Shown here in pieces: positions 1 to 14,568 of a stretch of 64,000 nucleotides of DNA. The stretch's first letter is position 1. Every line of letters begins with the position of its first letter. The DNA is taken from the NCBI RefSeq assembly GCF_036365525.1, contig NC_090382.1, positions 67,111,099-67,175,098 on the forward strand, in the 5' to 3' direction. A program made the translations under genes and the position numbers. The notes below the pieces were generated by a model. The model saw only the letters and a list, made by a program, of their open reading frames with translations. It was not told where the DNA came from and made no database searches. Source of the stretch: Heterodontus francisci (taxonomy: Eukaryota).

Positions 1-2022
1 TGAGAAAGGGTTAATTAATAATCTTGTTGTGAAAGAACCTTTAGGGATGAGTGACCATATGATAGAATATTACATTATGTTTGAAAGTGAGGTAGTTCAA
101 TCTGAAGCCAGGGTGTTGAATTTGAACAAAGGAAATTATGAAGGTATGAGGGGCAAATTGGCTGAGGTGGATTGGGAAAATATATTAAAAGGTATGACAG
201 TACATAGGCAATGGGTAGTCTTCAAAGAATTATTACATAGTTTACAGCAACTAAGACGAATGTGGGTCTATCACAGGCAGAGTCAGGAGAATTTATAATG
301 GGAAATAGAGAAATGACAGAGAAGCTAAATGATTACTTTGTGTCTGTCTTCACTGAGGAAGAGACAAAAAAATCTCCCAGAATTAGAGATCCAAGGGACT
401 AGGGAGAATGAGGAATTGAAGGAAATTAGTATGAGTAAGGTTGTATTGGAGAAATTAATGGGGCTGAAGGTTGATAAGTCCCTAGATCTGATATTCTGCA
501 TCCCAGAGTGTTGAAAGAGGTAGCTATGGAGATAGTGGATGCATTGATCATCTTCCAAAATTCTATAGATTCTGGAATTATCCCTGCAGATTGGAAGGGA
601 GCAAATCTCACCCCATTACTTAAGAAGGGAGGGAGATAGAAAACAGGCAACTACAGACCGGTTAGCCTTACATCAGTAATAGGGGAAATGTTACAATCTA
701 TTCTAAAGGATGTGATAAATGGACACTTGGAAAATAATTATTTGACTGGGCATAGTCAATATGGATTCATGAATGGAAAATCATGTTTGACAAACCTGTT
801 GGGAGTTTTTTTGAGGATGTTACTAACAGAATTGTAAAGGGGAGTCAGTGGACATAGTATACTTGGATTTTCAGAAGGCTTTTGATAAAGTCCCCCACAG
901 GAGGTTCGTTAGCAAATTTAAAGCACATGAGATAGGAGGTAATATACTGGATTAAGGATTGGTTAACAGGCAGAAAACAGAGAGTAGGAATAAAACGGGT
1001 CATTCTCGCATTGGCAGGCTGTACTGCAAGGATCAGTACTTGAGCCCCAGCTGTTCACAATATACATCAAAGATTTGGATGTGGGGACCAAACGTGATAT
1101 TTCCAAGTTCGCAGATGACATAAAACTAGGTGGAAATGTGTGTTGTGAGGAAAATGCAAAGCTGCTTCAAGGGGATTTGGCAGACTAAGTGAATGGGCAA
1201 GAACATGGCAGATGGAATATAATGTGGAAAAATGTGAGGTTATCCACTTTGGTTGGAGGAACAGACGTGCAATGTATTTCTTAAACGGTAAGAGATTAGA
1301 AAATGTAAATGTACAAAAGGGACCTGGGTGTCATTGTCAATAAGTCACTGAAAGCTAACATGCAGGTGCAGCAAGCAATTAAGGCGGCTAATAGTATGTT
1401 AGCTTTTATCACAAGAGGATTTGAACACAGGAGAAGTCTTGCTTCAATTGTATGGTACCTTGGTTAGACTATAGCTGGAGTATTGTGTGCAGTTTTGGTC
1501 CCCTTACCTTAGGAAGGATATTATTGCCATAGAGGGAGTGCAATGAAGGCTCACCAGACTTGTTCCCGGAATGGCAGGACTGTCTTCTGAAGAGAGATTG
1601 GGGAAACTGGGCCTGTATTCTCTAGAGTTTCGAAGAACGAGAGGTGATCTCATTGAAACCTACAAAATACCTAAAGGGATGGACAGGGTAAATGCAGGTA
1701 AGATGTTTCCCCTGGTTGGGGAGTCTAGAACCAGGGGACACAATTTCAAAATAAAAGGGAGGCCACTTAGGACAGAGATGAGGAGAAATTTCTTTACTCA
1801 GAGGGTTGTGAATCTTTAGAATTCTCTATGCCCGAGGGCTGTGGAAGCTCAGTCATTGAGTATGTTTAAAGCAGAGATTGACAGATTTCTAAATACCAGT
1901 GACATAAAGGGATTTGGGGATAGTGTGGGAAAAAGGCCTTAAGGTGGATGATCAGCCATGATCGTATTGAATGGCGGAGCAGGCTTAATGGACGAATGGC
2001 CTACTCAGGTTCCTATGTTCCG
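1..2022 (+). mobile_element. CR1-clade LINE, degraded ORF2 (RT) plus 3' UTR; runs off window start
   Basis: Frameshifted CR1 ORF2 motifs (TPLLKKGG, YLDFQKAFDKV, KFADD, LEYCVQFW, GDLIETYK, NFFTQRVVNL) and typical 3' tail ...gaatggcctact...cctatgttc. Confidence 0.92.
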
Positions 2023-2040
2023 ATCTTCCTATTCCATAGA

Positions 2041-2817
2041 TGTTGAACTTTTTTTTTTAAAGTCATTGGAAGGACTTTGGGACATACTTACTGGAAGTCA
2101 CATGTCTTCAGTGAAGTAAACAGCAGCAGCCTTCTAAGGGAGCTGTTTACAGTACTGATTTATGATGGTTTAAGAGTTGGTTTCATTTTGGATATTGTTT
2201 TGAGTGAGTTGGGGGTAAGTTTACTGAGAGAAGTCACCAGCTTATTCTTTTCCACCTCTGAGAAACTCTGAGAATCCAGTGTGATAGCTGAAATCCCTGA
2301 TGTAGTGATTCTCCTGGAAAACCTGCCAGACTAATCTTTGATGTCACCTGAAAAGAACTGCTCCAAAAAGATTACAGTGACAGCCAACTATGCGTATTTA
2401 GATGCCAGAATAAATGACTGGGAACATACTATATCTTATCCTTTTCCTTCAAGAATTAACAAGTATTTGACCAAAGTATTTTGTGTTGCTTTTTTGTAAA
2501 CAGATCTCTGAAGAAAAAACTTTTCTTTTTTCTTTAAGCCGTGTGTGCGCGCATGTGTTGTGTTAATTTAGAAGGGAACTTTCATATTTCAACCCATGTG
2601 TTAATAAGCTTTGCATCTTTACTGAAGTCTTGTTCTATAACTAATAAACAAAATTATAAATTTAATAAACCTGGTTGGTGGATTGTATCCTGAAATAAAA
2701 AAGGAGTATATAATTGGCCATATTATTAACTGAGTAAAACATTTAAATATATGATGTGACCCTTGGAGAAGTGGAACTAGAGAAAGACAGCGCACTCCTC
2801 CAGTCTCAGTCCTAACA
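2041..2817 (+). mobile_element. Probable solo LTR (TGTT...AACA) between two CR1 copies
   Basis: Starts tgttga, ends ctaaca, ~777 bp, non-coding, AATAAA signals in its 3' third; no clean 4-6 bp TSD found. Confidence 0.5.
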
Positions 2818-4235
2818 GATGTAAGGACATTCCCAGTAACTGCAGGCCAGTCAGTTTATCAGTGGTGGGCAAGGTTTTAGAAACCATAATTGGAGAGGTG
2901 GGGGGGGGGGGGGGGGGGGAGGGGGGAAATCAATGGGCATTTGGAGAGGTTTGAGTTAATTAAGGAAATCAATGGGCATTTGGAGAGGTTTGAGTTAATT
3001 AAGGAGAGCCAGCACGGCTTTGTAAAAGGCAGATCATGCTTGACTAATCTAATTGAACTTTTTGATGAAGTAACAGAGAGGGTTGATGAAGAGAAAGCAA
3101 TGGATGTTGTTTATGTGGATTTTAAATGTTTGATACAGCACACATAAAAGGCTGGTTAATGAAACTGAGGCTCGTGGAATATCAGGATCAGTACCAGCTT
3201 GGATAAAAACATTGGCTTAAGGACAGAAAAAAGCAAATCATGGTAAATGGTTGTTTTTCACACTGGAGGATGGTAGACAGTGGTGTTCCCCAAGGTTCAG
3301 TGCTAGGACCACTGCTTTTTCTGATACATATAAATAACTTGTGTATTGGAATACAGAGTAAAATTTTAAAATTTGACAATGATACCAAACTTGGAGGTGT
3401 GAAGATGTGATCCCACAGTGAGGATGATACCAATCGACTGCAACAGGACATAGATAGGCTAGCAAAATGTGGAGACAAGTGGCAGATGGAATTTAAAACA
3501 TGCAAAGTCTGAGGTGGTGCATTCTGGCAGAAGGGATAGGGAGTGGTGATACAGAGTAAATGGCACAGTTCTAAAGAGTGTACTGGGACAGAGGGACCTA
3601 GAGATTCATACGCATAGATCTTTGAAGGTAGCAGGACATATTGAGACAGCAGTTAGGAAAGCATATAGGATCTTGAGCTTCATAAATAGAGGAGTTGAGT
3701 ACAAAAGAAGGGAGGTTATGCTGAACCTTTATAAAGCTCTGGTTCAGCCACAATTAGAGCACTGCATCCAGTTCTGGTCACCACACTTTAGGAAAGATGT
3801 GAGGGTCCTTGAGAGGGTGCAGAGGATATTTACCAGAATGGTTCCAGGGATGAGAAATTTTAGTTACAAGGTTAGGTTGGAAAAGCTGGGATTGTTCTCA
3901 GAGCAAAGGAGACTAAGGGGAGATTTGATGGAGGTTTACAGAAGGTAGACAAAGAAAAGCTGTTCCCATTAGCTGATGGTAGAAGGATGAGGGGACACAG
4001 ATTACAGGTTTTGGACAAGAGATGCAATGGGTTGTGAGGAAGAACTTTTTTTTACGCAGTGAGTGGTAATGACCTGGAACACTCTGCCCACAGGGTGGTG
4101 GAAGCAGATTTGTTGAAAGATTTGAAAAGGAAATTGGATGGGCAGGAAATAAATTTGCAAAGCTGATTGGATTGCTCTACAAAGAGCTGGAATGGACTCA
4201 ACGGGCCGCATAGCCTCCTTCTGCACCATAATGAG
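2818..4235 (+). mobile_element. CR1 LINE, 5'-truncated and degraded; contains a 39-bp tandem duplication (2925-3005) after a poly-G run
   Basis: ORF pieces SQHGFVKGRSCLTNLIELFDEVT, GVPQGSVLGP, LEHCIQFWSPHFRKD; duplicated ggaaatcaatgggcatttggagaggtttgagttaattaa. Confidence 0.9.
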
Positions 4236-5295
4236 ACTGACTTCTAATGTGTTTGTCTTGAATTTCCAAAGAGTGTTCCACAATCCCCTTCTGTAACTTC
4301 AATGTCAGATCAGTGGAAACTACCAAAAAAAGACAGAAGCAGGTTTTTACATTTTTTTCCTCTCATTTCCCAGGTCAGTGGATTAGGACCAGGAACAGGG
4401 ACGCTGGCTGATGTTCCCATTCTCTATCCCAGGGGCGCTGGGTATGGATTAGAACATAGTAATGGGGCAGATGGGTCAGGAAATTGACCCCAAAATTTGA
4501 TACATCCGTCATCACATTTTTTGTTCATCTGCTGAAGTCATGGTGGGAGAATCCCACAGAAATTAAAAGTCGTTATAAATTACTGTCACGATGTATTTAT
4601 TCTAAATCTATTAGTTTCAGCTGAAATACTTTAATCTGATGAGGTGGCATTTTCTGCCTTTTGAACAAATCAAAGGATCATGGTGGACAAGTCAATGATC
4701 TTCAATGGCTGATATCAGAATGAAAAGATGATTGGTAATGCCGTGCATACCACCTCTGACATGGCGATTTTCAGCTCACAGGAGACTTGGACACTGCCTT
4801 TTTGCTATAAACACCAAAGTTTTGAGAAAAAGCACAAGCTGTAACAAGGATCTCATCAGTTACGCTAAGTGTAAGCCTTTTAAACATCAATCTGGCAATA
4901 TTATTGAAACCTGATAAGATGCCAAATGAAAATGAACTACTTATTCAACATGACGAGAAAGAATTGCTTTAAAACACTTAAGACGGGATATGCCAAAAAC
5001 ATTATTTACATTGCACAATTTTAACTTTATCAAGCATTCTTCAAATATCTGCCTGGAATTTCTGCAAGTTACTCCGGACAGAAATTGGTGGAACTCCTAG
5101 AGAAATGGCTAAACATCAGAAGAGCCCGGCAGAAATTCTCCCCTTTTATACCATACCACCCCCAAGTTTAAAAATCTACCCTGTTTGTGAAACCAGTAAT
5201 GCTCAAACCAATTCTCAGAGTACTGCATCTGAAATGCAGAACCATGATGACACTCCATAATCTACCCAGCCCTGATTACTGCATCATAAAAGTAT

Positions 5296-5653
5296 GATTG
5301 GTTATGTTACTGGAGCAGTAATCCAGAGGTATGGACTAATGATCTGGAGACATGAGTTCAAATCTGACCATGCAGCTGGGTAAATATAAATTTAGTTAAT
5401 TAAATAAAATATGGAATAAAAAGCTAGCATCAGTAATAATGACCATGAAACTACTGGATTGCTGTAAGACCCATCTGGTTCACTGGAAATATGCTGTCCT
5501 TACTCAAAATGGCCTATATGTGACTCCAGACCCACAGCATTGTGGGTGACTCTCAGTCCTCTGAAATGGTGTAGCAAGCCACAAAGTTGTACAGGTATGG
5601 ACAGTAAAATGCTGACCTTGCTCGTGACACTCACATTCCATTAATGAATAAAC
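5296..5653 (+). mobile_element. tRNA-derived SINE sharing its 3' tail with the LINE at 7485/55215
   Basis: B-box-like gagttcaaatc; similar to the copy at 51100-51480; ends aatgctgaccttgc...cacattcca...aataaa. Confidence 0.7.
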
Positions 5654-6744
5654 AAACGATGCCTGCAATAGCAATCAAGAAGCCCAGAATAACACTTTAT
5701 GTTACAGGCACAGCATAACACAAGTTGTTGTTGTAAATGCATTCTAAATAATTGTATTCACATTAATTTATTTTGACTGTCATTTTCCCTGACTTTTATT
5801 CGATAAATATTTTCTAAATGTACATCTTATCCCAATTTTCAATTCCTTACCGTGATTTATTTGGACCATAATTTGCTGCAGCAGGCTATCCAACAGCTTT
5901 TACCTTTAATCAGACTTATCCTTGCATATTTAGCTTTTTACATTTTTTGCATGGTACCATTACAGCAAGGGAAACAGTATCTGGGACCCGAGTGAACTGA
6001 GTAAACAACTGTATAGCTCCATAACAACTCAGATTGAAGGACTGTGAAATAACCAGTGCAGGGACTGAGAAGGAAGTCTAAATTAGAGTGGGTGAATTCA
6101 ATGATAAATCAGGTGCAGAAAGAGAAACAGAGAAAGGAAGATTGGATTGAGAAAGAGACAGAAAAGTTTTTTTTTAAGTTTAAATTTAAAATGTTGCTTT
6201 TTTAAAATCTCCAACAATTTAACACCTGAAGGAATGAGACTTCAGAGTTGCAATAGTGAATTTTCAGTGCCAGAGAGGTTGATTGGCAGTAATTAACATA
6301 TCACATCATCTAAGGATTCTTTGACTTGAAATGACAAGACATAACTTTCTATAGCAAGTTTAATTTGTATCTACAATGTCAATACAGCAACTTCATGCAG
6401 CTTAATGCATTTCAATGGCGAGGCCTTCTGTAAGATACCATTTTCACAAAGTTAACAGCAGAGCAGTGCAGCCTGAGGAGAAACTTTTGGATTTTCCCAT
6501 TTAACCTCACCTCTGCCCTTCATCTGAAGTTGTGCCATTTGTGCATAAGTGACGGAACACCATTCGAATCACTGTTACTGTGATGGAAAATCTGGCTATT
6601 ATAATTTCAATTTTGCTCCACCATTACACATTCTCCATTTTACCATATTATCCTTTGACTTCCTTTAAGCAATGTCACAGAAGATTTGCTAGTATGTTAA
6701 AATTGCTGAATGGGTTGCAGGTTCCATTTAAAACACATTAAAAT

Positions 6745-7152
6745 TGCTTTTACAGCCTCACAGCATCGCAAAGCACTTTGCAGCCAATGAAGCACTTTTG
6801 AAGTGCAGTCACTATTATAATGTAGACAACACAGCAACCAATTTGTGCACAGCATAGTCCAACAAACAGAAACATGATGATAATGATATCATCCTGTATT
6901 AATAATGTTGGTTGAGCAATAAACATTAGCCAAGGTACTGGAGAGATCTCTGCTGTTCTTTTTCAAATAGTGCCATGCAACCCTTTACATCCACCTGAGG
7001 GGGCAGATAGGGCAGCGGGTCAACGCCTCATCCAAAAGACAGAGCTCACTCAGTTCGGCACTGAAATGTTGGCCTATATTTTGTGATCAAGTCTCTGGAG
7101 TGGGACTGAACCCGCAACCTTCTGATTCAGAAGCAAGAGTTCAACTGCTAAG
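6745..7152 (-). mobile_element. DeuSINE (SacSINE1/AmnSINE-like)
   Basis: Recognisable Deu-domain sequence caaagcactttgcagccaatgaag...aatagtgccatg...ccacctgag, with a tRNA head on the minus strand at ~7100-7150. Confidence 0.75.
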
Positions 7153-7216
7153 ATGTGATTAACAACTCAGACCCACATAAGAAAGAATTATGAAGCATGT
7201 GAATCATGAAGTATGT

Positions 7217-7308
7217 GGACAGTGACATGGTGGTAATGCTACTGGACTAGCAATCCAGACACCTGGATTAATGCTCCAGAGACATTAATTCAAATCCCAC
7301 CATGGCAT
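7217..7308 (+). mobile_element. SINE 5' (tRNA head) fragment
   Basis: ggtggtaatgctactggactagcaatccag...ttcaaatcccaccatggca matches the head of the SINE at 51100-51480. Confidence 0.6.
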
Positions 7309-7484
7309 TTAAAGTTGAGAAAGAAATCATGATGGCAGGGTAAATTTTATGTTGAAGGTTAGCAGACGAGAAGTTGTTTTGACATTTCAAGGACAATAGT
7401 AGCTTGTAACCCATCCATGTCTTTGTCGCCTCCAAATTTAAGACTGTGCCAATGCTGTCCTGAATGGCCTACCATCTTTCATCC

Positions 7485-8195
7485 TTTTCTTTTATTTGTT
7501 CATGGGATGTGAACATTGCTGGTAAGGTCAGCATTTGCTGCCCATCACTAATTACCCTCGAGAAGGTAATTTATGGCACAGAATGAGGCCATTTGGCCTA
7601 TCAAGTCCATGCTGGTGGTGGTGAGCCGCCTTCTTAAAGTATTACAGTCCATGTGTTGTAGGTACACCCACAGTGTTGTTAGGGAGGGAGTTCCAGGATT
7701 TTGATCCAGGGACAGTGAAGGAATGGCGATCAAGTTCCAAGTTGCGACTCAGAGGGAAGCTTGCAGGTGGTGGTGTTCCCAGGCACCTGCTGCCCTTGTT
7801 CTTCTAGGTGGTAGAGGTCACGGTTTTGGAAGGTGCAGTCAAAGGAGCCTTGGTGAGTTGCTGCAATGCATCTTGTAGATGGTAGAGATTGCTGCGACTG
7901 TGCGCATGTGGTGGAGGGAGTGAATGTTTAATGGGGTGGATGGTGTGCCAATCAAGCGGGCTGTTTTGTCTTGGATGGTGTCGACCTTCTTGAGTGTTGT
8001 TAGAGCTGCACCCATCAAGGCAAGTGGAGAGTATTCCATCACATTCCTGACGTGCCATGTAGATAGTGGACTGGCTTTGAAAAGTCAGGAGACGAGTTAC
8101 TAGCCACAGAATTCCCAGCCTCTGACCTGCTCATCTAGCCACAGTATTTATATGGCTGGTCCAGTTAAGTTTCTGGTCAACAGTAACCCCCAGGA
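7485..8195 (-). mobile_element. LINE 3' fragment (CR1/L2 group)
   Basis: Minus-strand peptide MEYSPLALMGAALTTLKKVDTIQDKTARLIG; second copy at 55215-55935. Confidence 0.8.
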
Positions 8196-8199
8196 TCCA

Positions 8200-8525
8200 G
8201 ATCCACAAACTCAGCTCATCCAAAGTTCTGCTCCTGTATCCTCTCACACACCAAGTCATGCTCACTCTTCACCTCTGTCCTTCTTGACCTACATTGGCTC
8301 ATGGGACCCCAGTTCCCTAAATTTAAAGGTTTCATTCTTGTGTTTAAATCCCTCCATGGCCTTGCTCCTCCCTATCTCTGTAACTGCCACCAGTACTCCA
8401 AACCCCTCCCCATTACAACACAGCATTACTCAGACTTTGGCCTTTTCTGCAAGCCCTTCCCTTGCTCCACCACTGGCAGCAATAGCTTCAGCTGTCTAGG
8501 TGTTACCCTCTAGAATTACCTAGGC
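8200..8525 (+). mobile_element. L2-like LINE 3' fragment
   Basis: LHWL...FKGFILVFKSLHGLAPPYL motif typical of the L2 ORF2 C-terminus. Confidence 0.7.
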
Positions 8526-9599
8526 ACAGAATTCTAGAATTGTTTAATGTATTTGAAACCTCCAAACACATTATTTTGCTCTATCGTGTTGCGCTGCCTT
8601 TCAGGTCTGCATCCTTTACCCCTATCAGGTGTTCTGTCCTTCCTGAACATTCTGCACCCCACTATACTGTATTCATTTCCACCTATTGGAATTAGATGCA
8701 TTTCACATCACTTTATAGCTCCCTCCAACTACAACAGTGTCTAGTTCAAGCATTCATAAACAATTATCCTAAGTAATTTTTGTTCTTCCTCTTATGCTGA
8801 CTGTTTCTGGAGGCCAGATCGAGTATTTCCTTCCTAATTGATGAATTCATGCTAGCCTATGATACTCTTGTATCATCTCTTATGGAATCCAATTTTTTGT
8901 CCTTTGATTCTGACCTTTCCTCCTGTGCAGCTTCCTGTAACTTTGAGCCAATATCACTTTCACTATCCCTATTTAGCTTAGTCCCTTTAACTTTAGGCTT
9001 TTCCTCATTTCTGCTCTGTGGAGTTACCTACCGAGTCCAGCACTAATTGCTCTACGTGAACATATCTACCAAGCCCATTCGTAACCACGGCACTATCTGG
9101 ACCCTTTTCATTGACTTGAGGTGCCATTTTGAAAGTACTACAGTGTTACTCTCTTCCATTTTCAAGATTTACACAATTATCTTCCTTGCGACAGTATACA
9201 CAAAAACACCGACATTGATTTCATCAACATGATTCTTCCAGTCAACCCCTATTAGAACATAAGAAATAAGAGTAGGATTAGGCCCTTCGAGCCTGCTCCG
9301 CCAATTAATACAATTCAATATAGCAATTTTTGTCGTAATTGCAAGACATGAGAAAACATTTGTAAATGTTACATACTGAAATTGGATAGATACATAATTA
9401 TGCAGGGCTGTTTAACACAGAACACAAGAGAGACTGCAGTAATATCATAGATACGTGAAACTGGAAAATTACCTCCAGAAGCCTTCAAGCGTATTCATAA
9501 GTCAACAGCTTTAGTCCCTTATTGGGGTTGAACTACAAAAATGTCACTTTTTCTCTGGTCAGTTTCCATTTTAACCATATGATATGGAAGGACCATATT

Positions 9600-10146
9600 T
9601 CATAGCACTGTAAATATCAGTTTCATAAAATGCATGCGAATCTCTTCACTGAGGCACTTAAAAAGCTACCAGAAACACCGTATATCTCTCAATGCAATGA
9701 TTTTAATTGTGGGTTTAACACCGCCGCTGAGCACGTTATCGAGACTTTCACAAGAAGAAATGCAGTAGCTACTTCCCATTTGCGTTCAGTCTCTTCGGGT
9801 GCGCTCTCTGCAAAAACATACAACTGTAACATTATGAGCGAATGGAAAAAAATACTCCATTCTCGTTACAAATGACCTAAGTAAATCAGCAGCAACTCCT
9901 CCATTCCTGTTGGAAGTTCCGGGGCCATGTAGTACGTTGCCCGGACGTACTGGAGATCGTGTCGGACGCAGGAGAACGTAATGTCGTGAGACGAGTCGCT
10001 TTCTCTTCTCTCACCATCGATTGTGCCAAGGTGGCAGCACTCTGATCAGGCCTTCCTAATAAACTGCACTTCACTGTTCGGCCATTATAGTTCTGACAGG
10101 TAATCACACCTAGATCTGCAAAGTCTGCGAGCAGGAAAGCTGCAGG
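9600..10146 (+). promoter_or_regulatory. CpG-rich distal promoter and candidate non-coding first exon of PURA
   Basis: Local CpG cluster; ETS-like ggaagt/ttccgg; ZNF143-like ACTACATGGCCCC on minus (9921-9933); donor CAGG|GTAAGG at 10146/10147. Confidence 0.55.
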
Positions 10147-13100
10147 GTAAGGTCGCAGTCCTCCTGTTTATTATTTTAATGATGTTTTCTGCATGTCAAG
10201 TGGGCATTATAAATTTCCTTCATTTCTAAAGGAAGCTGTATTGTCAGTAATATTGCTTGCTCAGTTTTAGGTTACAAAGTCCCATCCTATTGGTGGAAGG
10301 TGCTTTGCTTCAATGAAACGCCTGTCAGTGTTTTAGTCTCAATATATGGGGCTAAGATCAACAGACTAACAATATAAGAAATGGAAAAATATCATACTGC
10401 ATTTTACTTAATAAAAGGTTTTAATCTTTTTAAGGGAAATGGGTTGGACTTAAAAGCAAATTCTCACAATACTTTGATTACAAATTTTAATAAAGCATAT
10501 TTTGTACAATAGCCAGATGGCAGGTTAATTACTGATGTTTTAAGCTTAGTCATGCTTTTGCTTTGGTTATCACTTCTGGCATTTAATTGCGAAATTGCTC
10601 ATCCTCCTATCTCTATGAATAAAATCGAAATCTAATTGTGATCTATTAAAATGCCCACTTTTTGTAAATAAAATAAATGATCAGTAACCCATGGGCCTTT
10701 TTCATTATATTACTTCAATATTTATATTAGCAGTTAATAAATCATTAACCTTCTTACTGTGAAAAACTTTGATACCTGACAACTTGGGAAAATGTTTTGA
10801 GCTAGATATAAATTTGTTGCAACTGATTTACTTGTTTTGGTTGTAAGTATAATGCAGTAAACTGGTTTAAGAAACATGGAGCGAAAAATATGTTGTATTT
10901 GGAATAAAAAACGCGCGCTCAGCATTCTCCTCTGTACGTTGCCTTAAGATCGATAAACAGATATAGATATACATACATATAATGACACAAATATATACAT
11001 AATCAACTCGGATGGTATTTCTCATTAAAAAAACAGTAAACGGTAAAAGGCCTATCAAATTATTTTCGTAAACGCGCGTTCTGATTGCTTCGGGTGTTGG
11101 TCACAATTCCATGTGTTCTATAACCATTGGTATTATATATATATAAGATTGGTATCTGCGGCTATTCTAAAAATGCACCATATTAACTTATTCTGTACTC
11201 GGTGGCGAAGATACCTATCATCGTGTGTGCACTTCTCTTACGCGTCAATGAGAAACCATGAGAAATCTATCTTGCTAAGTACCAAAAAGCAATTTCCAAG
11301 CTATAGGACTTTTTCAAGTGGTTTCAGGGTGTAAAGGGTGACATGTATAACTTTTATCTTTATTTCTTTTCTTTAGATTATAGTATCTAACGTGCAAATA
11401 TGCTTTATAACGTACCTCAAGGGCATTGTGATTGAGGAACCTGCCTTTATAAAGCTCTAGTAGAAAAACTATACACTCTGCTTGTCTTTTCAGGGACTGG
11501 TATGAGCAGTCGCTTATAGAAATTGCTAATTAAACATTAAACTTAAATTTGTTACTTTAAGTAGATAAAAAAGGCCCATTTTCAAACAATTGAAAGTAAC
11601 GCGGGCTTTTCATTCGATTATTTTGAAGCGCGTTTTATGCAAGTCAAAAAAAAGACTGACTACTCTTCTCGTTATTTACAGATGATCTATTTTGAAAAAT
11701 ATCATACACTTTTCAAATGGACTATTAATTAAAAAGAACTTTCTGTCGAATTGTATATTCGACTGTTAGACAAAAAAAGTACACCACTTATTCTGATGAT
11801 ATTGTAGCATTTTGAAAACAACCCGTGCATCGTTTTAATAAATTGGGGTAATTACATTAGAGTTTTATGTTGTTAGTACATTAGCGGAGAGCTCACTGTA
11901 AGATAAACATTCAAATAAAGCTACGAAACCTTCGTCTTAAAACAGTGAAAAACATCATTTTCTTAACTTCTCTTGAGGGCCAAAAATGTTAATTTTTTTC
12001 ACAAAAGAAAGAACTTACATTTATCTAAGTGACAATGCTGGCAACTCTTTTAACATTGCAAAAACTGTACTAAATGTTCGCTCTCTGCAAAATATAAAAC
12101 TGAGGTTCCTCATCAGAGTCAAATTATGCAACAGATCAGTTTGGCTTTATTAAATACTGCTGGAGAAGAACAACCGATTTCCAGTGTACTTATCCCTTGA
12201 GCGAACCCAACGTTGGCTCAATATTTTACAATGAAGCACAGCGCATTACTGACATAGTTAATACATTGTCTGACTTGGAATAGTTTGGGCACGTTCTTTT
12301 ATCTGATCTATTCTTTACAATGAAACAAAGTTCTGATCGACGCGGGGAGGTTAATATTCTGATAATGCTTTGGTCATTGCAAAATTCTAACTTTTGTCAA
12401 TTCACGGAAATCAAGTGAAAAATTTAGGGATTAAAGGTGGCAAATTGAATTATGTTAATGTTAACGCTTTAAGTAACTAAATTATTTAAAAAAGATCAAC
12501 CTTTCCATTCAACGTGGATATTGCCGACTAAATGAAAAAATAAACGGAGTCACGATCATCTGAAGGCGTAAGTCTTAAGTTAATTAGTACAAATGCTGTA
12601 CATGTTATCTGAAATAAATAAATCCGTTATTAAAAATAAGGTTGAATGGAAATATTTCGTATTGTTTTCTTATTTGAGTTTGAATGATTTCGTTTCCGAT
12701 AAGTTTAGATAAAATTATTCCAAATGACCGGCGAATCTCTTCACGAGATTTTTAAAGCATATTTTCCGTTTGGATTTGATGTAAATTAGAAACAAAGATT
12801 TATTCTGTGGGTAAAATTGAGAATGTTAACTGTAGTGTAGTGTAGAAATTAGTCTTTCCGAAAGCCCTTTAGATGACTTTGTTAATTATTGCATATTAAC
12901 CAGGACAATTTGTGTTTCCAGAAGTTTATTTTGCTAAACACCCGCGATCGTTTTGTTTCAAATCCGTTATCTTTCCTAATTGATCTAGTTTCCATTTACG
13001 TTAACGTATTAATTCAAACTACAAAATTATACGAACATACGAAAGTGACAGCCAGGAGAAGACCATCTGGTCCATGAATACTGCCCCACACAGTCGTGAT

Positions 13101-14485
13101 GCCTGAAGTATCATGATTAGACAACCCTTACCCGGCAGAAACCATGTTATCTCCTGGGATAATTGTGCAATGCAACGTTTTATTAAAAGTAGATACCAAT
13201 GATTATCTAAAATGAGAAAAAGTTTATGGTTTTAACATGTTAGAATATTTAATCAGAAACTGTGCAACATAGATTGTCGTCTGGTTTGTGATTTTATTTG
13301 CCGTATTTAGCCAAAGCGAACAACATCCTCGCGCATCTAACAAGTGAAAACGAAGCAAGTATACAAGGTACTTTTTCTAAATGTAATATTATTATGACTA
13401 CTTAATTAATCACAGATAAAGTTCAATCACACCATATAAAATAGAGACCCAGATTTATTTGTGTAACTTCACTTTCGTTGTAGAAAATAAAAATAATTGA
13501 TTAATGCACTGTCCTGTGACGATTTGGATCTCTGTCAACTACGAATATATCGATTTTGATGAATTTGCGATTGCATACACGACTATTTCCATTACTTTTA
13601 ATACAAATATTAATCGAAATTAATATTCCTAGTTATTAATCCCCTTCGTTGAAGCTTTATAATGTGTCAGTTTTTCTTTGAGTTTCAAGCTGTTAGGCTC
13701 ATTTCCAGGAGCATTTCGTGAAATACAGATGATGTTGCCTATTTTATTAATCATGGAAATATTGAGAAGGTAATGGTTTCTAGTAAGTAGGATATGCTTG
13801 AAGAAATGCCAAAAAATTTAAGCTCGTTATTTATAATTGACCAGATAACGTATGTAAAGATTTCTATTTTAGTGACTTGAAAATCTTGAAACCCCAAACT
13901 ACTATTGTTACATTTTATTTTAACAAATAATATGTAAACATTACTAAACGGACATTAAGGTCACAATTTTGTGTTACCAGACTTTTCTTCGCAGTTATAT
14001 TTTTGTAGCATCATTTATAATATGTTGATCGTATTCATCTATGTCGTGATGTTCCGTCATAATCAAAATTAATGGTAGAAAATGCAATTTGCTTGCAATA
14101 TGGGATAACTCATCAAATATGATAAATTCTATTATTGCACCTTGACACTTATCATCGTGAAAATAAAAACGCAGTCTACTGCCATTCGTTTACTGCAATT
14201 TCACGTAAAATATTGTCTAATTATCAGATAAAGGTGCATATTTCAATTATGAGGAAGGGTTGCAAATTTGTTGTGAAGATATATAGTAACTTGGGATGAC
14301 TCTTTATATTTCCCCATTTAAATCAACTTGATTAACAGTAAAAAGGAAAATTGCAATCTTGCAATTTGAATTTTCTTGATTGTTTTCCAGTTTGTGGTAA
14401 AAGGGAAAGACTGTTACTGTAGTTTGGTTTGAGATATGCCAAATATTTCATGTGTAAAACAAAATAGCTACTAGATGAGGCAAAT

Positions 14486-14568
14486 AATCTGCCATGATCT
14501 GTTTGAATGGCAGAGCAGGCTCGACAGGTCGAATGGCCTATTCCTGCTCCTATTTCCTATGATCCTAT
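14486..14568 (+). mobile_element. CR1 3'-end fragment
   Basis: gccatgatctgtttgaatggcagagcaggctcga...gaatggcctattcctgctcctatttcctatg. Confidence 0.8.

Noticed and set aside
2900-3005. Poly-G run and 39-bp direct repeat as a CRISPR-like or G4 regulatory unit
   Set aside because: Simple slippage and tandem duplication inside a dead CR1; only two units and no spacers
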